Below are positions 19,514-27,774 of a DNA stretch of 64,000 nucleotides, piece by piece (within the stretch, counting starts at the first letter, position 1; every line of letters starts with the position of its first letter). A program made the position numbers and the translations under genes. The DNA lies in the NCBI GenBank assembly GCA_017462485.1, contig JAFTRA010000042.1, positions 119,214-183,213 of the forward strand. The letters are read 5' to 3'. Source of the stretch: Clostridia bacterium. Lineage in GTDB: Bacteria; Bacillota; Clostridia; Oscillospirales; CAG-272. The notes under the pieces are model-generated. The model saw only the letters and a list, made by a program, of their open reading frames with translations. It had not been told where the DNA came from and searched no databases.

Positions 19514-19663
19514 AATTATTAGCATTCCTTTCAGGAAAGATGTCGTTTTTTAGATTTACTTCCAAACTGTTTTCTTTCAGAAGAGCCTTATCCGTTTAAT
19601 TTAACGGTAGATTTAGTAAAGGGTTAACCCATAACGGAGCTAACCCTTTCATTATATTGTTTA

Positions 19664-20170
19664 TTACTCAACAAACGTTATAGTTGAGTACGTTCCGGGA
19701 TTATTGTAGGTATGCCCGTTATGGATAACGAGAATCTTATCCTTGTGCACCTCAATTCTTACGTCGTAGGCATAGCCGTCCGAATTAGTGCGCTCAAAGG
19801 TAAGAACGTTCATATCCCTATCGCATTTGGTTTCGGGAACGCTGAATATTTTATGCATACCAGAATCCTTGAACTCCACGGTGTTCTCGGACGTAAATTC
19901 AACGCTTACGTGAACGTAAAGCATTTTGAGCGAATTTTCAGAGGTTACCAGCTTTGCCTCTTCCTTATCTCTTATCTCTATTGACTCGAAATAAAAGGTT
20001 TTTCCCGAAACGGAAATCTTTTTATCCGTAGGAACGTCGTCCTTAAATCTGTTATTGTAAGGATCGAAAACTCCGTCTTGCTCGGTTATGCCGTCGTCCT
20101 TATCACCGCACGAGGCAAATGATAAAAGAGAGAGCGACAGTAAAATAAGCAGAGCAATTATTTTTTTCAT
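19664..20170 (-). CDS. small lipoprotein, unknown function
   Basis: MKKIIALLILLSLSLLSFASCGD lipobox. A hairpin at 19618-19652 separates it from the downstream Cys-rich gene. Confidence 0.7.
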   Translation of the reverse strand: MKKIIALLILLSLSLLSFASCGDKDDGITEQDGVFDPYNNRFKDDVPTDKKISVSGKTFYFESIEIRDKEEAKLVTSENSLKMLYVHVSVEFTSENTVEFKDSGMHKIFSVPETKCDRDMNVLTFERTNSDGYAYDVRIEVHKDKILVIHNGHTYNNPGTYSTITFVE

Positions 20171-20182
20171 TTTAAATTATCC

Positions 20183-21238
20183 TTATTTACCCGCGTTTTT
20201 CTCGAGAGCCTCGAAAAGACCGTTAATATATGTTGCACCAAGAGCTCTGTCAAAGAGTCCGTATCCGGGCTTACCTGTCTCTCCCCATACCATTCTTCCG
20301 TGGTCGGGACGAACGTAGCCGTCAAATCCGTTATCAACAAGAGCCTTTACGATTTCATACATATCAAGCGAGCCGCAAGAGGAAAGATGAGCGCGCTCCT
20401 CGAACGAGCCGTCCTCCATAAGCTTAACGTTACGGATATGCATAAACGCTATTCTGTCCATTTCAGCATACTTGCGTACCATCTTGTTTATATCGTTGGT
20501 AGCAGCGCAACCGAGAGAGCCTGTGCAAAGGCAAAGACTGTTTGCGGGACTGTCAACTATCTTAAGGAATCTGTCAAGATTCTCCTCGCAGGTGATAATT
20601 CTGGGAAGACCAAAGATAGGATATGGCGGATCATCAGGATGGATAGCCATTCTCACACCGCACTCCTCGGCAACGGGAATAACCTTCTTCAAGAATTTTT
20701 CAAGATTCTTCCAAAGTCCCTCTTCGCCAATCTCACCGTAAGCCGTGATAAGCTCACGAACCTCGCTCTGCGTATAGCTCGAATCCCAGCCGGGAAGATG
20801 AATATCGTCCTTCAAGGGATCAAGACCTCTCATCTGGTCCCAATACATAACAAGGCTTGTAGAGCCGTCGGGATGCTTTTTATCAAGCTGAGTACGTGTC
20901 CAGTCAAACACGGGCATAAAGTTATACGTTACGCACTTTACACCGTACTTAGCGCATCTTCTGATATTTTCGCAGTAAACCTCAAGAAGCTCGTCAACCT
21001 TACCGCGTCCGAGCTTTATATCCTCGTGAACGGGAATAGACTCAACTACGTCAAATACAAGACCGTGAGCCTCGCACTGCTCCTTCATTTTTTTAAGGCT
21101 TTCCTCGCCCCATACCTCACCGGGCTTAACGTCGTAAACAGCCGATACGATAGAACGCATACCGGGAATCTGCGAGATATATTCAAGTGAAATAGGGTCG
21201 CTTTCTCCGTACCAACGGAATGACATTTTCATATTCAT
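20183..21238 (-). CDS. uxuA: mannonate dehydratase
   Basis: N-terminus [22 protein letters not shown] and overall length are typical of UxuA. Confidence 0.9.
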   Translation of the reverse strand: MNMKMSFRWYGESDPISLEYISQIPGMRSIVSAVYDVKPGEVWGEESLKKMKEQCEAHGLVFDVVESIPVHEDIKLGRGKVDELLEVYCENIRRCAKYGVKCVTYNFMPVFDWTRTQLDKKHPDGSTSLVMYWDQMRGLDPLKDDIHLPGWDSSYTQSEVRELITAYGEIGEEGLWKNLEKFLKKVIPVAEECGVRMAIHPDDPPYPIFGLPRIITCEENLDRFLKIVDSPANSLCLCTGSLGCAATNDINKMVRKYAEMDRIAFMHIRNVKLMEDGSFEERAHLSSCGSLDMYEIVKALVDNGFDGYVRPDHGRMVWGETGKPGYGLFDRALGATYINGLFEALEKNAGK

Positions 21239-21253
21239 AATTTTGTCTCCTTA

Positions 21254-23533
21254 TTACTTTCTTAAAGTCTTGGGCTTTCTTATTCTGTTAAGCTGACGGT
21301 TGAGCTTAAGAAGCTCTTCCTTAGTGAAGCTTATATTCATCATACCCATCATACTCGTGAGTCTAAGAACGGTGAAGCCGCCCATCATCTGCATCATATC
21401 GCCTGAAACCTCGAAGCCTGCAGCTTTGGTTTTTTCACCCTTTTCTTTACCGGCGCTCATCTTCTTTTTGAGTCCGAGACCCACTTTTGCAAACCAAAGT
21501 TTACCAAAGAAGGACTGCATAATATCGCCTATCTTATCGTTAAGCGAATATCTTCCCTCAGGAGCGTCGATATCGAACCAGTTAAGAATTGCGCCCTTTT
21601 CCTTAAGCACGTAATCCTGATTCATCTCTGCTACCTTGCGAATAACGCCCTCGTCTGAATACTCGCCCGCCTTAACGGTGATAACGGTTTCGCCCTCGTT
21701 TTTGACGTTGAAGTAGAAGAAGTGGTTATCGCTCTTAAGCTTGCCCTGCGATACGCCGTTGGCAAAGAGCTCAACCTCGGGAAGATTCGAATAAACGGTA
21801 ACCTTTGTTACGTCCTCTACTCTGTCAATATATCTCTTACCGCAAAGGTGAACAAAGGGATCGTCGGAGAGCCAAGCCTTGTAAGCATAGAAGGCATCCT
21901 TCTTATACTTTCTGTCCATCGTGATAAGACCCTTATGGTTCTGACCGTTTTCACCGCCCTCTGCTCTTGCGTCAGCACCGAAGTCGAACATATTCCATAC
22001 GTGAGTCGCCCAGATATAAGGACGGCTGAAGAGCTGCTTTATAAGCTCCTCGTGGTAGTATGCCTGATATTCCTCGGTGTAGTCGCCCTGCACGGGATTC
22101 GACGTATGCCAGTTAAGAGCCTCGCAGCCGTATTCGCTGACACCGATGGGCTTATTTGGATATTTCTCGTGGAAGTTATCAAACCAAGGGCCGTTCATAT
22201 CGGTATCTCCGCCATACCAGCCGAAATAGTGGTTATATGAAACGACGTCGGAAATATGAACGTAAGGGTCGTCTATCTTCGCCATAGATACGCACGCAAC
22301 GGTGGTAAGACGCGTCTTATCCATCTCGTGAACCATATCGTTAAGAACCTTATGGTTATCAATGAGATCGGCATCGGAGCCGTTCATCGAAATCTCATTT
22401 GAAAGTCCCCAAACTACGATAGATGCGTGGTTATAGTTCTGTGTAATAAGCTCTTTCATCTGGCTGATAGTATTTGCTCTTCCGTTCGGAAGGTGCTTCG
22501 AGATATAAGGAATCTCTGCCCAGATAACAAGACCTACCTCGTCGCAAAGGTCATAGAAATACTGATCGTGCTGATAGTGAGCAAGACGGATTGTAGTCGC
22601 GCCAACCTCAAGGATAAGGTCGATATCCTCCTTATGATGCTCAGGGAGAAGAGCGTTACCGATGCCAAGTCTATCCTGATGACGAGATACGCCGCGAAGA
22701 GGATATTCCTCACCGTTAAGTATGAATCCGCGCTCAGGGTCAATCTTGAAGGTACGGCAGCCGAATCTTGCCGAAACGTTATCAAGAACGTTACCCTCTC
22801 TTACGATTTCAGCTTTAGCGGTGTAGAGATAAGGATTCTTTCTTCCGTTCCAAAGGTTTACGTTTTCTATCTTGATATTTACAAGCTTTTCGTTTGAAGT
22901 AAGCTCCGCTACCGTATTGCCCTCCTTGTCGGAGACTACGTAATGAATAGCGTCGCCCTCTGCAAGCTCATTCGTATAAACCTCGATTTCAACGTTTGCA
23001 TCAGCGCCTGAGATTTCCGGTGTAATCTTAATACCGGGTGTTCCGTAGTAATCAAGGTCGAAATGAGTCTTATTTACACCTACGAGGTTTACGTTTCTGT
23101 AAAGACCGCCGTAGAAAGTAAAGTCAGCCATCTGGGGATATACGAAATCGTTAGGAGCGTTATTTACGTGAATCGCAAGCTCGGACTCAGCGTCAGAAAG
23201 CTTACCCTTAAGGTTCACTCTCCAGGTAGAATAACCGCCGTCATGATGAGCGAGATGCTCACCGTCAAGATATACGTCTGCAGAAGAGTTTGCGCCACGT
23301 ATTTCAAGATAGTATTCCTCTGCGTCAAGCATAGACTTCGATATACTCTTCTTGTATATACAACTGCCGCGGAAGTAATCGTTTCCACCGTCCTGACCGT
23401 CGGTTGCGTTCCAGGTATGAGGGAGATTTACACCCTCACCGCCCTCGCTTACCTTAGGGTCATTTGAATTTTTAAAGAACTGCCAGCCTTCGTTAAGGCT
23501 TAAAATTTTTCTCATTGGTTTAGTTCCTTTCAT
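21254..23533 (-). CDS. glycoside hydrolase family 2 (beta-glucuronidase/beta-galactosidase type), catalytically intact
   Basis: Acid/base motif VVWGLSNEISM and nucleophile motif IGVSEYGCEA are both present, as is SRHQDR. An alternative start is the ATG at 23515. Confidence 0.85.
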   Translation of the reverse strand: MKGTKPMRKILSLNEGWQFFKNSNDPKVSEGGEGVNLPHTWNATDGQDGGNDYFRGSCIYKKSISKSMLDAEEYYLEIRGANSSADVYLDGEHLAHHDGGYSTWRVNLKGKLSDAESELAIHVNNAPNDFVYPQMADFTFYGGLYRNVNLVGVNKTHFDLDYYGTPGIKITPEISGADANVEIEVYTNELAEGDAIHYVVSDKEGNTVAELTSNEKLVNIKIENVNLWNGRKNPYLYTAKAEIVREGNVLDNVSARFGCRTFKIDPERGFILNGEEYPLRGVSRHQDRLGIGNALLPEHHKEDIDLILEVGATTIRLAHYQHDQYFYDLCDEVGLVIWAEIPYISKHLPNGRANTISQMKELITQNYNHASIVVWGLSNEISMNGSDADLIDNHKVLNDMVHEMDKTRLTTVACVSMAKIDDPYVHISDVVSYNHYFGWYGGDTDMNGPWFDNFHEKYPNKPIGVSEYGCEALNWHTSNPVQGDYTEEYQAYYHEELIKQLFSRPYIWATHVWNMFDFGADARAEGGENGQNHKGLITMDRKYKKDAFYAYKAWLSDDPFVHLCGKRYIDRVEDVTKVTVYSNLPEVELFANGVSQGKLKSDNHFFYFNVKNEGETVITVKAGEYSDEGVIRKVAEMNQDYVLKEKGAILNWFDIDAPEGRYSLNDKIGDIMQSFFGKLWFAKVGLGLKKKMSAGKEKGEKTKAAGFEVSGDMMQMMGGFTVLRLTSMMGMMNISFTKEELLKLNRQLNRIRKPKTLRK

Positions 23534-23685
23534 AGTTATTATTAAAAACCCATTCTAATTATAACTAAATATTAAGCTTTAGTCAATATTTCGGGCGTTT
23601 TATTTTCAAATTATTTATATATTTAAATACGGCGTCCGACGCATATGCCGGACGCCGCAAAAAAGCTTTGTCTATTTCGTTATAA

Positions 23686-25173
23686 TTAAGCCTCGGTCTC
23701 AGCAGTATTTACTCTGCTTGCCTCAAGCTCTTCATTCATCTTTGCCATAGTCTTGGTGTCAAGGTTATAGATGAATGCGATAGATACGAACATAAGAATT
23801 GCGCTGAAGAGGTAAAGTCCTGCTACGAGCCAGCACATATTGTATGCTGTCGCTGCGCTCTGTCCTCCTGTGCCCTTCTCGGAAATGTAACCGAGAGCAC
23901 CCATTATAAGAAGAACGATAGAGGGACCGATACCCTGAGCGAGCTTTCTGAAGAAGGAGTGAAGCGAATAAACGGTTCCCTCTTCTCTCTTGCCGGTCTT
24001 CCACTCGTTATAGTCGATAGCGTCAGCCATAAGAGCCCAGGATACACAAGTATAAATACCCATACCGATACCGAAAATAGAAAGTGCAAGAATGTAAAGC
24101 ACGAGAGCCGCGGTCTTGTTAGAAACGATCGGGAACACGAGCATAAGAAGTCCGCCGCCTACGGAAACGAGAGCTCCTACCGCGCTGGATTCCTTCTTAC
24201 CCCATTTAGCAACGATCTTCTTAATGAAGGGCATGAAGATAAACATGGGAAGGAAACCAACAAGAGACGCTATACCGGAAAGGCTTGCCATACCGAAGTA
24301 AGTAGCAAACATAATGGTGGTTGCGGTGGTTGCGGAGTTCATACCGAGGAACATAGCCATAGCAGCAAGAGTTGCGCCTACTGCAGGACGGTTCTTCATA
24401 AAGTTCTTGAAAGCGTCAAGAACGTTGAACTTTTGAGTTTCATTAGTCTTAACAGAGTTTTCGTCAACACGGATAGTGATCTTCTTTATCATAAACATGA
24501 ATGCGATGAAACCGAAGATACCCATTATGATAGCAACCCAGAATACTCTCTGTCCGAGAAGAGTCTCTACCTGAACGCCTGTTTCGGGGTTGATAACGGG
24601 ATCGCCGTTAGCGTCAACCTCTTTACGCCAGATAAGCATGGGGAGAAGAATCATAGGAAGCATATTTCCTACCATGGAACCAACCGAACGCCAAGTAGAA
24701 AGCTGTGCTCTTTCACCTGCATCCTCTGTTACGAGAGAAAGCATGGAGCCGTAAGGAACGTTAGCTACCGTGTAGCAAGCATCCCAGATAACGTATCCAA
24801 CGATGAAGAGAACTGCCTTGAGCCATACCGCTGCCTTAGGAGCGGGTATGAATACGAGTGCTCCTGCAACGAGAAGTCCAACAGCACCTATGAATATGTA
24901 GGTCTTGAACTTACCCATCTTGTACTTTCTTCTGTCTGCGTCGATAAGCGAACCAATAAGCGGATCGTTTATTGCGTCCCAAATCTGAACAACCAGAAGC
25001 AACGCGGAAAGAAGACCGGTTTCCAGCATCATATACACGAGCCAGAACGTCTGAACGGTGCCTTTGAGTGAGAAACTCATATTGCAGCCAAAGTCACCTG
25101 CAGCATACGCCAGCTTGTCTATCATACCAAACTTGCGCTTGCCGTTTGAATCGAGCTGAATTTCTTTTTTCAT
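23686..25173 (-). CDS. GPH-family (glycoside-pentoside-hexuronide:cation) symporter
   Basis: 12-TM MFS protein with the GPH signature WDAINDPLIGSLIDA. Sits upstream of GH2 and uxuA on the same strand. Confidence 0.85.
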   Translation of the reverse strand: MKKEIQLDSNGKRKFGMIDKLAYAAGDFGCNMSFSLKGTVQTFWLVYMMLETGLLSALLLVVQIWDAINDPLIGSLIDADRRKYKMGKFKTYIFIGAVGLLVAGALVFIPAPKAAVWLKAVLFIVGYVIWDACYTVANVPYGSMLSLVTEDAGERAQLSTWRSVGSMVGNMLPMILLPMLIWRKEVDANGDPVINPETGVQVETLLGQRVFWVAIIMGIFGFIAFMFMIKKITIRVDENSVKTNETQKFNVLDAFKNFMKNRPAVGATLAAMAMFLGMNSATTATTIMFATYFGMASLSGIASLVGFLPMFIFMPFIKKIVAKWGKKESSAVGALVSVGGGLLMLVFPIVSNKTAALVLYILALSIFGIGMGIYTCVSWALMADAIDYNEWKTGKREEGTVYSLHSFFRKLAQGIGPSIVLLIMGALGYISEKGTGGQSAATAYNMCWLVAGLYLFSAILMFVSIAFIYNLDTKTMAKMNEELEASRVNTAETEA

Positions 25174-25405
25174 TCGATTTACTCCTTTAATAATTTTAAG
25201 TTACTCGGCTTATATTACATACCGGTAATACAATCCTATGACTATTATATTATATTTACAATGTAACAAGTGAGTATTATTTTTATGTTTTTTTGTATTT
25301 TTTTAATATTTTGTTTGAAAATAATGTTGTTTTTAGACAATAAATATGATATAATGAAGAAAATAATAGATTATTTTGACAATTTTGCCATATAGGAGAT
25401 TTAAA

Positions 25406-26617
25406 ATGCTTAACGAATGCGAGCTTGAGCTTCTTTTTGACGTATTAAAGAAATCCCACGTAAGCGCAAGAGCTTTGCAAGCCTCGGATATTGTGGATGC
25501 CGTGAGAAACGTTCAAAACGAGCTAAAATTCGGTGCTTCCGAGAGGGACGATGGGAATATTCCTCTTCCAACCGGGCATACCGTGTATAAAATCACCGAC
25601 TCCTTTGACCTTTGCTATACGTATTTTCTCCTTTCGGATAACGACGATAGGGCGATTTTTATAGGTCCTTATATTGAGTCGCCGATTTCCATATCGAGAA
25701 TCAACGAAATCGCAAAAGAAAACCGCCTCCTTCCAAAGCAGGAAAGACGGCTGAAGGAATATTATGCTTCTATTCCCACGGTTTCCGATGATAGCTTGCT
25801 TTTTGTTATGATAAACAGTTTTCTCGAAAGAGCTTGGGAATCACCGTCGTTTTCCATAGTTGACGTAAACAACGAATATACCTCTCCCGCATCTCCTATG
25901 ACGAATATGCCAAAGGAAGAAAATTTTGACGAGATGCTTGCTGATATGAAGACTATGGAAAAGCGCTACGAATACGAAAACGAGCTGATACGCGCGGTCA
26001 CTCTCGGTCAGATACACAAGGAAAGCATTTTCAACTCTTCCTTCAACGATATGATGTTTGAAAAAAGAGTCCCCGACCTTTTGAGAAATGCGAAAAATTA
26101 CTGTATAATAATGAACACGCTCCTAAGGAAAGCCGCCGAGGCGGGCGGAGTTCACCCCTTATACATTGACCACGTTTCCTCGGATTTTGCCACGAAAATA
26201 GAGAATATGCCTCACCTTTCCGAAACGTCTTGGTTTATGAAAAATATGTTCAAAACCTACTGCTCACTCGTCAGAAATCACACAATGAAAAATTATTCAT
26301 CGCTCGTGCAAAAAACCATTCTTCTTATTGATTCGGATATATCCGCTCCGCTCTCCCCCGCAAACATAGCGGTAGCGCAGAACGTAAGCCTTGGATATCT
26401 TTCGACGGTTTTCAAGAAGGAGACCGGAAAAACTCTCACGGGTTATATAAAGGATAAGCGTATGGCTCACGCAAGGCACTTGCTTTCAACTACGCAGCTC
26501 CAAATTCAAACGATAGCTCTGCGCTGCGGAATAATGGATTTGCAATACTTTTCAAAAATCTTCAAAAAAGAGACGGGAGAAACCCCAAAGCAATATAGAG
26601 AACGTCATTCGTCTTAA
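25406..26617 (+). CDS. AraC-family transcriptional regulator
   Basis: AGGAG RBS before the ATG at 25406. C-terminal HTH pair (ANIAVAQNVSLGYLSTVFKKETG ... ALRCGIMDLQYFSKIFKKETGETPKQY). Divergent from the GPH operon. Confidence 0.8.
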   Translation: MLNECELELLFDVLKKSHVSARALQASDIVDAVRNVQNELKFGASERDDGNIPLPTGHTVYKITDSFDLCYTYFLLSDNDDRAIFIGPYIESPISISRINEIAKENRLLPKQERRLKEYYASIPTVSDDSLLFVMINSFLERAWESPSFSIVDVNNEYTSPASPMTNMPKEENFDEMLADMKTMEKRYEYENELIRAVTLGQIHKESIFNSSFNDMMFEKRVPDLLRNAKNYCIIMNTLLRKAAEAGGVHPLYIDHVSSDFATKIENMPHLSETSWFMKNMFKTYCSLVRNHTMKNYSSLVQKTILLIDSDISAPLSPANIAVAQNVSLGYLSTVFKKETGKTLTGYIKDKRMAHARHLLSTTQLQIQTIALRCGIMDLQYFSKIFKKETGETPKQYRERHSS

Positions 26618-26791
26618 TTTCAAAAAAGCTTTTCACTCGTCACGGACAATGCCCGATAATATTACCGTTTTTTCGTTATTTTCATATACTGAAAAATGGG
26701 CAATAAGCCCATAACGAGAAAATTCAAATAAAGATAAGGATAAAAAAAGCCTAAAAATCGTAACGGATTTCAAAGCTTTTCGGGCAAAAAA

Positions 26792-27652
26792 ATGGCAACC
26801 TTTTATAATCAGGCAACCTTAATATTCGACGGCTCAAGCACCACCTCGAACATCACAGAGGGACAGATAACAGCGGGCGCAGGGATTGAAAAAATTGTTA
26901 TAAACGGCGATTATACGCGAGGCGAGAGCGTAAGCTATTTAATTACACTCTCTAACACGGGTAGCACTCAATCCAACGTTACCCTTTCGGACAATCTCGG
27001 AAGATTTACTCCTACGGGTATGACTGCTGAGGTTACACCTCTTGAATATATCGAGGATTCGCTTATATTTCTCATAAACGGTATAGCTGCGGAGGCTCCC
27101 ACGGCTGCCGTAACAGACGCGGGACTTGTAATATCGGACATTGAGATTCCTGCCGGCAGCACAGCCTCGGTTATTTATTCTGCTCGCGCAAACGAATACG
27201 CTTCGCTTACTTCGGGCTCAACTATTACAAACACGGTAACAATAAGCGCAGGTGCTTTCAATGAAGAAAGCTCAGCTTCCGCTACGGTTACGGTGCGTGA
27301 TTGGACCTCACTCACGATAGCAAAGGCTATATGCCCCGAAATTATCAGCGAAAGCGGAGAGGTTAACTACACCTTTATAATTCAGAACACGGGTAATACT
27401 CCCGCAGTTGCGACGGATAACGTTATTATAACTGACACGTTCACACCGATATTAAACAACCTCACCGTGACACTTAACGGAGAAGAGCTTGTTATGGGCA
27501 CGGGATACACGTATGACGCGACATCCGGAGAGTTCGCTACTCTTGAAGGCGCAATAACCGTACCTGCGGCTACCTTTACAACCAACACCGAAACAGGCGT
27601 AGTCTCAGTTTCACCCGGTGTCACCGTTCTCACCGTGAGCGGCACTGTTTGA
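26792..27652 (+). CDS. DUF11 / conserved-repeat-domain-like protein (two beta-sandwich repeats), no signal peptide
   Basis: MATFYNQATLIFDGSSTTSNITEGQIT start. Two internally similar units (SYLITLSNTGSTQSNVTLSDNL and NYTFIIQNTGNTPAVATDNVIITDTF). T/S/N-rich with no hydrophobic leader. Confidence 0.55.
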   Translation: MATFYNQATLIFDGSSTTSNITEGQITAGAGIEKIVINGDYTRGESVSYLITLSNTGSTQSNVTLSDNLGRFTPTGMTAEVTPLEYIEDSLIFLINGIAAEAPTAAVTDAGLVISDIEIPAGSTASVIYSARANEYASLTSGSTITNTVTISAGAFNEESSASATVTVRDWTSLTIAKAICPEIISESGEVNYTFIIQNTGNTPAVATDNVIITDTFTPILNNLTVTLNGEELVMGTGYTYDATSGEFATLEGAITVPAATFTTNTETGVVSVSPGVTVLTVSGTV

Positions 27653-27733
27653 TTCAATCTTTAGTGCTCGTATAATATCAGCTTTCAATATTCAAATTCG
27701 TTTTTAGACAACAACTGTTTACAAAAACAAAAG

Positions 27734-27768
27734 AATCGCCCCCGAGCAATTTCGTTCGGGGGCGATTT
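27734..27768. terminator. bidirectional intrinsic terminator
   Basis: ATCGCCCCCGA / TCGGGGGCGAT stem between convergent genes. Confidence 0.8.
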
Positions 27769-27774
27769 ATAATA

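Noticed and set aside
23620-23660. GC-rich hairpin GGCGTCCG...CGGACGCC after the GPH transporter gene as a terminator
   Set aside because: The hairpin is clear, but the U-tract on the relevant minus strand is poor, and GH2 follows on the same strand. It may be an mRNA-stabilising or partial terminator, so I did not list it as a feature.
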